From a virus: DNA of 64,000 nucleotides. How positions within the stretch are numbered: the first letter of the stretch is position 1; every line of letters begins with the position of its first letter. The notes beneath the pieces are model-generated. The model saw nothing but the letters and a program-made list of their open reading frames with translations, was not told the origin of the DNA and did no database searches. Location: IMG/VR virus record IMGVR_UViG_3300007511_000007, positions 1-64,000 of that record; one strand, given 5' to 3'. Below, one piece after another: positions 42,678 to 53,300 of the stretch. A program made the translations under genes and the position numbers.

Positions 42678-45362
42678 TCAATGATCTCCCTTTTCGGAGA
42701 TAAATTTGCCGAGCCGGATCAGAGTTTGTTGCTCTGAAGACTTGGGCATACGCCCGAAAGCAGCCCGACAAGAACCTAAAAAATGCCTCAACAAAGCGTG
42801 TTTGTCCTGCGTTCCAACCTTGAGGGTCGTGCGATACAGATCCACTGGAACCTGAATCCCCACAGAAGCGTTATACTTTGCCAATTTCTCTATGAACTCT
42901 ATGTCCGAGGACGCCGTGCGGACTAGCGCGAACACTGCCGCCCTATATGCCACATCCCTCCGATCCTGTGCCGCCTGCTTAACCACATTGTCGTTAGGTT
43001 CCGCAGTTGAATCTTCAGGACTCAGATCGGCAACTTCATCCTCACGTAATTGCTCCCGCACCCTTTTCTTGACCTTGTCCAGAACCATCTTCTGGATATC
43101 GTTTTCCAGATCACCGAAAGGATCTCCACCCCCACCACCGTCATCAGCATCGCCGCCCTCATCTTCATCGGGATCACCCCAATCTCCCTTCTTGAGGGTT
43201 TGAAGAACGTTGGCGGCTTTCTGATATTTGTCTTCTTGCCACTGGGCAGGAGGTGATGACAAGACTAGTTCAGCCTGTTTGAGAACTTCGGGGGAAACGT
43301 CCTTTGCTTCAAGGACATTGCGAAGTACGGCTCCGGTGAATGCCGGAACTTCAACCCACGACGCCTCAATGAACTGAACCCCACCATCTTCTTCACTCTC
43401 ATGACCACAAAGCTCTGCGACCCGATGTTTTTGATTCTTGTCATCGTAGAAAGTGCTGCCTTTCATGAAACGAATGTGCTTACACACTTCCGTTTCATCT
43501 GCGGCAACATGGCCGCAGGTCGTACAGATTGTGAAGTTCGTGAAACAGTTATGAACGACGGCACCCTCGACAACATAAGAATGGTCATCTTCGATCCCAA
43601 GGTCATACACCCAACCCTCATAGACACTCGCCTCAGAGGATTTGACCTTGTAAAGGATATAGTCGTCCACAACATTGAGAGTCCCATCAAAGTGTGAACT
43701 TTCGGGGGTCTTGCTTGTGAATTCCCTTAGCTTGGGGGCTTCGGTATTCCCCACTTTGATGAAAAAGGCGGGAAGTTTGCCTGTCTTTTCATCTCGTATC
43801 CCAATCCCATCTACCACCACTCCTGACGGCTGGCGGGGGCTTCCTTTAATTGAGCACTCTAATCGAGAATAAACCCCACAACGACTCAGCACCGTCTGGA
43901 GTTGTGTTGCCAAGGAATAAGACACCGTAGCGGCAGAAATACTGCCCCCACCGTCCTTCACTAAGCAACCATCTCCATTGATCCATGCGCCTACAAGGTG
44001 TCCAAGGATATGTGTCGGCCACGACATGACTTCAGCAGAAATCTTTTTGCCGTGACTGTATTCCCCCGCATGGCGGTAAAACCATGCCACCATTTCTTGC
44101 CCTGAACAGTGGACCGTGCAAGTATTCCTGTCTTCTCTGTCCTGCAACCATGGTGAATTCGCATCCGGGAACTCTCGCTGGAGCAATTCAACGGTCTCTG
44201 CCGCAAACGTATCCTTTTCTTTTAGTCCGAAATGGAACTGAACCTCAACCGGCTTACCTTCTCGTTTGATGTAACAGCCCTCTGCAAGGAAATATCCAAG
44301 CAACCGAGCTTTGCCAATCGACGCACCTTCGGCATTCTCAACGTCGCGGGATCTTGGAAAACAAAGGTAATCCCCAATCTCAATTTCATCAGCCCTGACC
44401 CATTCAGGCTTCCACGATTTGAGCCGCTCCAGATCCTGTTTTGCTTCCTCAGAGTTCTTCGTGGGGTCATTCGGATTGAAAATTCGCATCTGATGCCCAC
44501 GTTTGAATCGTTGCCCCATCCTCCGTGCTGGATCAACGTGGTGTCTCGGATCGATACTCTCCCCACAACCACACCCGCAGATGGAAGCTGGACGGAACAC
44601 TAAGAACTCGTGGTTTACTGTGGCCGTGATTGCAGACGGGAGTCCCACGGCTTCGACGCTTTGAACCTTCCATGCGCTCCGCATCTGATGCTTGTTATCG
44701 ACCCGTTTGGCTTTCCCCGTGTGAGTAATTACCATATCTCCAATCTGGATATCCTCGATAGGAACTCGGGTACCGTTGTCTAACGAAACCTGAGTCCCAG
44801 GGAGAAAACACCCCATCGATAAGGTCGCAACCTTACCAGAGATGATATCCTTGATGAGTTCTTTGTGCTGCCGATCCGTGGCGACCAGAATATCGATGTA
44901 CAACGATGGCCCAATGTCCCTGGCCACAGCATCAATGATCCGACCTTTGCTCAACTCCTCAAGCTGGATGTGTTCGAGGAAGTTATGTCCCCCGACGAAG
45001 CTCTTGTAGGCTTTGAGGAGAACGCCTCGTGTCCACGCATCGTGGTTGTTGTTAACGAACTTGTCACATTCTGTCTTGATCCGGAAATCCGAAAACTTCC
45101 TCATGATCCGCTGACCATCTTCGGTCACAGAACCAAGTTTGGCGTTCGGAACACTTTCCACATCTACAGAAGCAACAATGGTTGCATGAGATAGCAAATA
45201 CTTCGAGGGGTCAAACGGCTGTCCCAGAATCTCCGACGCTTGTTCAATCAGATTTTTGGAGAGGGTCGTTTTGGGTTTTGACGCCTTCCGGACCTTACTC
45301 CAAGACCGTCCTGTGATCTGCGGTTGGGTTACCGACGCGGCTGCGTATTTAATGAAAGGCAT
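42678..45362 (-). CDS. Prohead protease with an intein
   Basis: N.N.DAW, NFLEH, SKGRIIDA, LSMG|C, CTTCGH..CKHI, FIEASWVEVPAF.GA motifs; position before the scaffold. Confidence 0.8.
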   Translation of the reverse strand: MPFIKYAAASVTQPQITGRSWSKVRKASKPKTTLSKNLIEQASEILGQPFDPSKYLLSHATIVASVDVESVPNAKLGSVTEDGQRIMRKFSDFRIKTECDKFVNNNHDAWTRGVLLKAYKSFVGGHNFLEHIQLEELSKGRIIDAVARDIGPSLYIDILVATDRQHKELIKDIISGKVATLSMGCFLPGTQVSLDNGTRVPIEDIQIGDMVITHTGKAKRVDNKHQMRSAWKVQSVEAVGLPSAITATVNHEFLVFRPASICGCGCGESIDPRHHVDPARRMGQRFKRGHQMRIFNPNDPTKNSEEAKQDLERLKSWKPEWVRADEIEIGDYLCFPRSRDVENAEGASIGKARLLGYFLAEGCYIKREGKPVEVQFHFGLKEKDTFAAETVELLQREFPDANSPWLQDREDRNTCTVHCSGQEMVAWFYRHAGEYSHGKKISAEVMSWPTHILGHLVGAWINGDGCLVKDGGGSISAATVSYSLATQLQTVLSRCGVYSRLECSIKGSPRQPSGVVVDGIGIRDEKTGKLPAFFIKVGNTEAPKLREFTSKTPESSHFDGTLNVVDDYILYKVKSSEASVYEGWVYDLGIEDDHSYVVEGAVVHNCFTNFTICTTCGHVAADETEVCKHIRFMKGSTFYDDKNQKHRVAELCGHESEEDGGVQFIEASWVEVPAFTGAVLRNVLEAKDVSPEVLKQAELVLSSPPAQWQEDKYQKAANVLQTLKKGDWGDPDEDEGGDADDGGGGGDPFGDLENDIQKMVLDKVKKRVREQLREDEVADLSPEDSTAEPNDNVVKQAAQDRRDVAYRAAVFALVRTASSDIEFIEKLAKYNASVGIQVPVDLYRTTLKVGTQDKHALLRHFLGSCRAAFGRMPKSSEQQTLIRLGKFISEKGDH
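43548..44810 (-). mobile_element. Intein (421 aa) with LAGLIDADG endonuclease in the prohead protease
   Basis: CFLPGTQV (block A), ATVNHEF (B), LLGYFLAEG and GAWINGDG (C/E), VYDLGIEDDHSYVVEGAVVHN/C (F/G). Confidence 0.9.
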
Positions 45363-45937
45363 TAGACCTTCACCTCGACTTCTTTCCCATCAGTCTTGAT
45401 CGAAATCTCGACTTCCTGCTGGGGTTGTCTGGCGATGTCATCCTCCCGAATCAAAAACATGCAACCGGTGCAGCCCATGAGCCGAACCCGCTTCCCTTCT
45501 TGCATCTTGTAAATGGCTTTGCGCAGAGTGTTCTCACGACACCGGGGACAAATGAACTTACCACTGTCCTGTTCCTGTTTCGTGGCCCGATACTTTCGAT
45601 CTTTTGCTCCCCAATACAAAGCCTTCTTGACAAAGGCACTCGCTACACGGGAAGCATTGGGGCCACCCGAAACTTCGTCTACCGGCAATCCCCCGGGCAC
45701 ACTGTCATGTGTGGGAGGATCAACCCAACAACTGTCATTGAGTTTTCGCAACTCTTCGACCGGGTATCTTTTATTGCCGTATGAGAACTGCACTTCTGCC
45801 ATTCCAATTGCAGGGAAAAGAGCAACGATCCGGCCCGCCTGTTCTACAGGCGCAAGCTCAGGGACAACCTGATTACCCACCTCAAAGTGGGTCGCAATCT
45901 GCTGATAATTCGGGTTCAGGTGCCCTTGCCGTTTCAT
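45362..45937 (-). CDS. Hypothetical protein with SH3-like region and zinc ribbon
   Basis: CPRC ... CTGC; TAATG overlap with the protease gene. Confidence 0.65.
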   Translation of the reverse strand: MKRQGHLNPNYQQIATHFEVGNQVVPELAPVEQAGRIVALFPAIGMAEVQFSYGNKRYPVEELRKLNDSCWVDPPTHDSVPGGLPVDEVSGGPNASRVASAFVKKALYWGAKDRKYRATKQEQDSGKFICPRCRENTLRKAIYKMQEGKRVRLMGCTGCMFLIREDDIARQPQQEVEISIKTDGKEVEVKV

Positions 45938-45945
45938 TTGCCCCT

Positions 45946-47235
45946 CTATTCTGCGGACAGGTCAAAGGAATGGTTCGCCTCCTTCGACTCACCGTCCTCT
46001 TTCTCGTCCTCGCTGGCCAGCTTCGCCACACTCTTGAACGCGCCGTTGATGTCGCCTTCGGCATCCTTGAGCAACTTCATGATGTTGCCCGTTCCGCTCT
46101 TGACCAGACGGGTTCTCTCTGCAAAGCCCTTGAACCACTTCTTGATGTCTCCAGCGAAGTTGAAGATCTTCTTGGATACATTGTCCGCCGCACCGCCCAA
46201 CCAATCTCTGACCGAAACGATCCAGTCAGCAATTCCGGCGGTCTTGACTTCTTCCTTCGTCAACGAAGCACTCTTGGCAACAATCTTAAGGCCCCGCACC
46301 GCGGCTGCAGCGTGGATCAGGTCTTCTTTGGTTTGTTCAAAGATTTCCTCGACGATGCCGCCCGCTTCCGACCCCAACCGCTCAGAAATCTTCTGGAAGA
46401 ACTCACCAGCCTTCTGACCCGGTTTCACTTCGTCTTCCTCAGCCACCATCTGTTCAATACCGGGCACCTTCTCTTGCAAGAAAGCCGTGAAGTTCAACAT
46501 AGCCTTTTCGGTTTCCACCAGATACTTGCCCTTGGCTCGCATCTCTTTGGCAGCTTTCTTCAGTTCATTCAAGCCGTCCTTCTCTTCTTTGGACAAAGCC
46601 TTGAATTTGCTGATGGCCGCTTCAAACTGCTTGGTGAGAATTTCGAGTTCCTGGCGAACCTCAACGACGTGGTTCACTTTTGCCCGAACCTGAGCAGGAC
46701 TCAAACCCGGTAGTGCTTTGATGACCTGCGGACCCGCTGCCAATTTGACATCCTGCACGAGAGTCCGCACTTGCTCAAAAGGGGAGACTTCCTCCGCTAC
46801 CTTTTCGTCTTCAGCCTGCTTCTCGTCTTCGGCTTGCTTTCCCGGCTGCGGTGCTTGCTGATCTTCAACCGTCTTGTCGTTGCCAAGGTCACCGTCTTCG
46901 ACTCTTTCCCGAAGCTCACGGTTTTCCTGCTGTGAGAATTCCCCCTTCATGTAACCTTCGTCGGCATCGCCTTCCTGCGGCCCAGCTTTTTCTTTCCCAA
47001 TATCCTCGGGATCAAAACCAGGCTCTTTCACGGGGTCGTCGCCGGTGAGGGCTTCTTTGCCGATGCCTGCCCGCTTTTCGACGAAATCGGAAAGCATGTC
47101 GCAGCGCAGCGCAAACTCTTTGGCAACTTTCTCTGGAACTCCCAATGCCTCAAAGTCATGCTCAAACAATGACGCCATGTTGTCGAGAGCGGCAGTGACT
47201 TCCAAGGCTCCCTTTTTGGTCATCTTTTGTTCCAT
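45946..47235 (-). CDS. Putative internal head protein
   Basis: SD GGAGG before ATG 47235; coiled coil; many KxA-acidic motifs (KQAEDEKQAEDEKVAEE). Confidence 0.65.
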   Translation of the reverse strand: MEQKMTKKGALEVTAALDNMASLFEHDFEALGVPEKVAKEFALRCDMLSDFVEKRAGIGKEALTGDDPVKEPGFDPEDIGKEKAGPQEGDADEGYMKGEFSQQENRELRERVEDGDLGNDKTVEDQQAPQPGKQAEDEKQAEDEKVAEEVSPFEQVRTLVQDVKLAAGPQVIKALPGLSPAQVRAKVNHVVEVRQELEILTKQFEAAISKFKALSKEEKDGLNELKKAAKEMRAKGKYLVETEKAMLNFTAFLQEKVPGIEQMVAEEDEVKPGQKAGEFFQKISERLGSEAGGIVEEIFEQTKEDLIHAAAAVRGLKIVAKSASLTKEEVKTAGIADWIVSVRDWLGGAADNVSKKIFNFAGDIKKWFKGFAERTRLVKSGTGNIMKLLKDAEGDINGAFKSVAKLASEDEKEDGESKEANHSFDLSAE

Positions 47236-47379
47236 CTTCTCTTCCTCCGTAAGTTTCAAAATCAGCCCCCGACCTACGGGGGAAATTCTCTTTTGCAACG
47301 CAAAGAACGGCATCGACTGTTTGACAGTCTTCCGCTTATAAGATTAGTGATATAGAAAAAACATTGAGATTCGAGGAAC

Positions 47380-50300
47380 TTATTTACCACCAAGAGGTGG
47401 CTCAGTCTTAAACTTATCGCCCCGCTCCGGGTCTCGATCCCGAAGCATCTCTTGGATCAATTGCAACGCTCGATTCCCCTCCTGAGGGAACTCCGCTAAG
47501 GCCGAAGCAACTGATTCCATCTGCGCCAATTCCAGTTCTTTGCCCAGTTCTCGAATTTCGTCTTCAGAGGCGTCACTCTTTATCGCTTCAAGGAAAGTCT
47601 CTACCTGTGCGCCAGTGTCCCGAAGACAAGAATCAAGCGTCTGCGATACCTTCTTCTCGACATTCTTGGTCTTCTTGTCCTTTTTCTTCTTTCCCTTCTC
47701 GCCGTCCTCTGCGCCTTCGTCCTCATCCAACTGTTCATAGGCACTCTTGATTGCAGTATGAGAATAGGTCATGTCATTGAGGAGTAATCTTTCCAACATA
47801 TTCCTGGCATAGGCCGCTTGAGCCTCCCCAACTACCGGCCTCCCATCTTCGCCCACCTCATTGAGAGCATCAAAAATATCGGCATAGGGGCTGTCTTCAC
47901 CGCCAGCAAACTCGTAAAGTTGCTGATTGTTCATCTGCCCCATGGCTCCCTTGATGCCCTCTCTACCCTGGGGGCCACAAAAGTCTTGCATTGATCCAAG
48001 TAGCAGAGAGGGGTCTTGTCCCGGGGTGTCCTTCAAAGCCTTGGCTAAAGTGACCACCTGTGGAGAAAGCTCCTGCCCGTCGGGGAGATCGGGGGTTTCA
48101 TCGTTTACGACCTGAGCCAGGCACACTCCGTTGTACATCTGATCTAACTTCATCAGTCGTTCTTTGTCAGGCTCATCTTCGTTCATCAATTCATCAAGTT
48201 GCCCTCGGATATTCTCAGAAAGCTCCTCACGTTCTTTCGGAGATGCCTCCGTGAGAGCTTTGTAACTATCCTTGGCGAGGTCTTTGGAATCGGGATCGAC
48301 CCCAAGTGACTCGATTGTGCCTTCAGGTGTTTCCCGCCACTTCTTTTCGGCTACCTCCTTCTTCTCCTGTTGTTTCTTCTCGGCCTTTTGTTGTTTCTGC
48401 TTTTCGGCTACAACCTTTTCGCCCTCTTCAAGAGTAGTGAGGATTATGTCCATCGAATTCTTATCTTCGAGCTTCCCAAGCAATCGCTCTGCCCTGAACT
48501 TTGCCTCTTCAAGAGCATCCTTCGCTTTCTCCGCATCCTCAATCGCAAAGGCACTTTCCAGATTACCAAGTGCTTCCTCCAGGGCTGCTTTCTCCTCATC
48601 GGGGCCTTCTAATTCCGCAAGCTCCTTCTTTGCCCCGGAGACCCCTGCCTCTTCCTCTTTGGGTTCCTTCTCGCTTTCACCCTGCTCATCGGCTTCATCA
48701 CTTTTGTACTTCGCCTGTTCTTCAGGGCTGAGGCTGTTCCAGCCCACCTGTGTAACTTCACCGCCTTCGGTTTGGTGATCAAACTTCTTGCCCACAGCCC
48801 ATTCAGGAGTATCCCCGGCCATCATCAAATGCCAGAATGCCACTCTCCCCGGAGAGGGGATGTCCTCGGAAATGAGCCAACGAGATGCAATCCTCTTGTA
48901 GTTCAAGGACATGTCTTTGTCGTCACCACGATCTCCGTGGTCAACATCGGGATCATCCTCGGGTTTGACCTGCTCCCGGCGAAGATCATTGCGAGGCGGC
49001 TTCTTCTTTGGTTCTGGCCGCACCAAACGTTCCGCTTCTTCGTCTTCCTTTTCCCCATGGTCTTTGGTGGCTTGCTTGAACTTTTCCTCACACGACCCGC
49101 ACACAGCGGGCATCTCAAGGACTTCTGCGTGTTCATGTACTCTTTGTGGACAACGGCATTGGTTTTTGTTTCCGCAGATCGGGCACGTCAAACGCCAATG
49201 CTCAGGCTGCAGGATCTGCATAATCTGAGCTACAGTCTCCCCTCTCCGAACATGCAGGTCATACAAACGGTCGCCCGAAGCACTCCGATAGAGCTTCAGT
49301 TTTGCTTCATAAAGGGCTGACTGGCGCACCCCTTGATCACAATCTTCCAGATAGCCTGCCGCAATCAACTCATCCACAGCATCGTCATCCACCTGGTGAC
49401 CCCGAAGAAAGTACCCTTTTGGAGTCTTCAGAATAGGCTGCTGGTGAATGTCCATGTCCTGCATAATGGCCTGTTCATATCCGGTTAGGCTGGATTGCAG
49501 TCCCAGATCTCCCCGGAGCACCCACTCATCCCCATCACCTTCTGGGCCATCGGTAGCATTGTTGATGTTGATGATGGCAACCTTCTTTCCTTTCTGCACC
49601 GACCCGTCATGGACATAAGAATCTTCCAGCCCCGGCACCAGATAGTCGGAACGCAAGATCGAAGTTGTGTGCCCAACGATGTCTGCCACTTCCTCAAGGG
49701 CTTTCTTGAACTCTTCCTTGAGGATCTTGTCTTTTTCTTTCCTCGCATGGGGGAGGGCCGGGCCTTTCTTACGAACTTTTCCCAGAGCCTTTCGCATCTC
49801 ACGGTTAGCGTGGAAGCCTCGCATATCCTTGGCAGTGATCTCGTAAGGTTTGAGATACTCATTGATATCAGATGCGCTCACGTCGGGGAGGACTTCTTCG
49901 TCATCTCCCTTCCCTTTGGCCGCTGCTTTCAAGGCAGAAATCAACTTTGAGTCCGTAACTTCCTTGGTGTGTTTGACCCCAGACTTGCCAGTATACTTCA
50001 GGACCGCCTTCCCTTCTTTAAAGGATATATGGCTGGCTTTCCATCCCGTAACCCCGTAGTGGCCTTTGTCTGCGGAGTCCTCATTCCCGACTCGCTCATA
50101 AGTCTCGTTGATGAGAGCAACCGCCATCGCAGTTTGTTTCTTCTTGTCGTCCTTGGCGTTGAGATCCTTCTCTACTTGCTTACGGAGCTTGGGGTATTCC
50201 TTCTCAAGCTGTTCGAGCTTCTTAGCCTTCTCCCGGTGCCGATGCTGAACTTGCCCATCTGTGTATTCATAGACGACCTGCTCATCGCCATCCTTGTTCT

Positions 50301-53300
50301 TGATCTTTTTCTTGTCTTTGTACTTGGCCGCAACCCGGATCGCCTGTGCTACCATTCTACCGGCTTCTTTGCTGATCCCCTCCCAGTAAGGGTCGACGGA
50401 ATAATCAGAGGGCAGTTCACCCTCCTCCTTGAGCTTCTCGACTCCTCTCTCAACATAGATGTCTTGATAGTCCCGGTCATTTCGGATCACCCAAGTACAG
50501 AACTTCCACAAAGCGTCCAACTCTTCTCGTCTCGGGGGGCGAGCAATTTCAGGATGAGCCAAATAATGCTCAACGATGTCGTGAAGGGCTGGTTCAAGAA
50601 TATCCGCTGGGCCGTCCCCGATCACATAACCTGCTTGATTACCTGGGTCCATCTGCAAAGTCTCAGGATGAATTGCCCAATACCCGGCTTGCTTCGAGAA
50701 ACGAATTGCTACCCTCTTCGAACTCCCCTCAACGCCCCGACGGGCCAGTTGGAAACGCTTCCCCAACTCCGGGTAGAAACTAAAAACTTCCTGCGGTACT
50801 TCTTTGCCCCCCATCAGAGCCTTTGCGATTTCCCTCTTGTGCCTTGACCGATAAAACGCCAAATCCATCTCTCGTTTAGCGTCAAGTTCCTTCTTTTCCT
50901 TGCGGTACCCCACTTCTTCAGCAAACTGTTTTTCTAGCCTCTGACGCATAAAGACCTTTTTTGCCAATCCCTTGAGAACCCCTTTCTCTCTCCTTGTTCG
51001 GTTCGGGGTCGCAAACAAAGTGCCCCCGAGAAACGTAGCGAACTCTGCCTCCGTCGCCATTTCTCTAGGGTTAATGCCCTGTTCTCTCACCCATGCATCA
51101 AAAGGCAGATCCGGGCGTCTGATCTCTCGGAGCAGTCCTGAGTCACGGATGAACTCAGGTAAGGACATCTGCCAAAACTCCTTTCGAGATGCCCCTACCC
51201 TTTTCTCCAAATGCTCGTGCATTTCAGCATTGTTACTCCCCCACCCATGCGCGAGGGGATTTGCTGGAGTCAATGAGATCTTCTCCAGCTTCGGAAGTCC
51301 CCACACCTCGATGTCCTCCACATCCCACGCCCCTGTGGGCAGCTTCCCCTTGAATTCGCTATCAACGCCCTCCAGATAGCCCAACGTCGTATGCGGGCGA
51401 TAAATGTGCGGTGAGACATCTACAAGGTCAAAGCCTGCCTCCTGGTACGCCTCAGCAAGCCTCCAGCGTAATTCGGAGATAGGTCTCTCAAACCGAATGT
51501 TCATATGCGGGATCGCCAAGTCTTTCTCAGCATTACGGAAATAATCGACCTGATGGAACTCGGCTTTGGTCGTCGGCGTACCCAACCCACCAGGGATGAT
51601 GGTTTCGGCAATATCGAGGAATTCCTGTTCTCGCCCTTTCACATCCCCGACAATCAAGAAGGTGATATGCTCCGGGGAATCATCATTGGCCAGTTCAGGA
51701 AACTGCTTCCCGAGTTTTTCGGGAACTCGGATGAAGAATCCTGCCGATGTGGAATCCCCCGTGACGCTGCCGTCCCCACCGGCAGTCTTACGGCTTTTCT
51801 CTTCCCAATACTCTGGGGGGTTGGACCATTCGTTCGACTCTCCCAGCAATTGCTTTGCTCTCTGAGAGTACCACCACAAAGTGGAGCTTGCAGAATCAAT
51901 GAACTCTTCCACTGCTTTGGGCTTCGGTCCCGGTGGCTCATCTTTCAAACTGTATGGGACTCCAATATCAAACCCACTGTTTTTGACCCCAATCCACGCA
52001 CGCCTCAGTTCCTCCTTCTGCTCCTCAGGAAGTGCCATGACTTGCTGCATGGTCACATTGTAATGCTCACAAATGAGATCAACCCACGGATTTAGCTTTC
52101 TATCGGTGATATTTTTGATGCTCCGAAGGAGGTGGTCAACTTCCACGCCATCTATAGGTCGGCCTAATGCGTCCCGGTACTCCATGTCGATTCTGTCAAT
52201 GAAGTCCCCGGCCATATCCAAGGGGCCATCCCCAGTCCAATGCCCCGCATCGGGAACCTCTGGAATTTTCTCTGGATTCAACTCCCACCATGAGGCAGTT
52301 TTCAGGAACCGGGTTGCTACCTTTTGAGCAGGCCCCCTACGCTTCGTGATTTCGTCCATGACCGCATCCGTTAGATCGGGTTTCTTTGCCAACTCGGGCT
52401 TCTCCAGCATCAACTCTCGGGCAATCTGGAATGGAATCTGTCGTTCCGGGCCTTCCAAATTATGAATCTCAAACACTAGCCGTTGATCCACAAGAGGGCG
52501 TTGCAGGAGCTTAAGGAAGTTGTCCGCTTCCTTCGGCTTCATGCCCAGAGTGATCTTACGCAACGTTTCTTGCTGCTCAGGGGACAAGAATGAGATTGGA
52601 GACCGAACCTGAATCCCCAATCCCGCAAGATCCAACAAGAGTCCGACCCCCTTATCATTCAGGTGTCCGGAAAGGTAGCTGGCAAACGCGTTGTTCTCCC
52701 GCACCATCTCAGCGATGACTTTGAGAAGCCCCAACTTCTGCATGAGCTTCAGAGAGTCTCGGGCGTTCTTTTCCCTGATAACATTCTCCACCATGAGCTT
52801 GCCGATTGCTTCCCAAGGAGCTTTCTTCATCTTGGGGGCATTGCGTTTGATAGCGGCAGCAATCTGGGGTGGAATCGTGAAACCGTACTTAGCAACAAAC
52901 TTCACGGCACGCAATAAGCGAGTTGGATCATCAGAGAACGTTTTGTCTGGATCAGACGGGCAACGGAGTTCTCCTTTCTGAAGATCACGTAAGCCACATC
53001 CCGTGATATCCACGATCTCAGCTTTATCCGGCCCCTTAGCGATCTCAGCCAATTCCCACATCAAGGTATTGAGCGTAAATTCCCGCCTCAACACATCTTC
53101 TTTAATTGTCGCAGGTTCAACCGTATGGGGTTTGTACCCTTTCCCGCCCTGGCCTCCATATGACTCTTTTCGGGCATTGGCAATCTCAAGTACCTCACCC
53201 TTCATGTCATGGCCGTCCAGATCCCAATGATCCTTCACAGTAACGATAGCAACCCCGTAGTTGTTCGTGACCACACTGGTTCTGACAGGGATCGCTTTGA

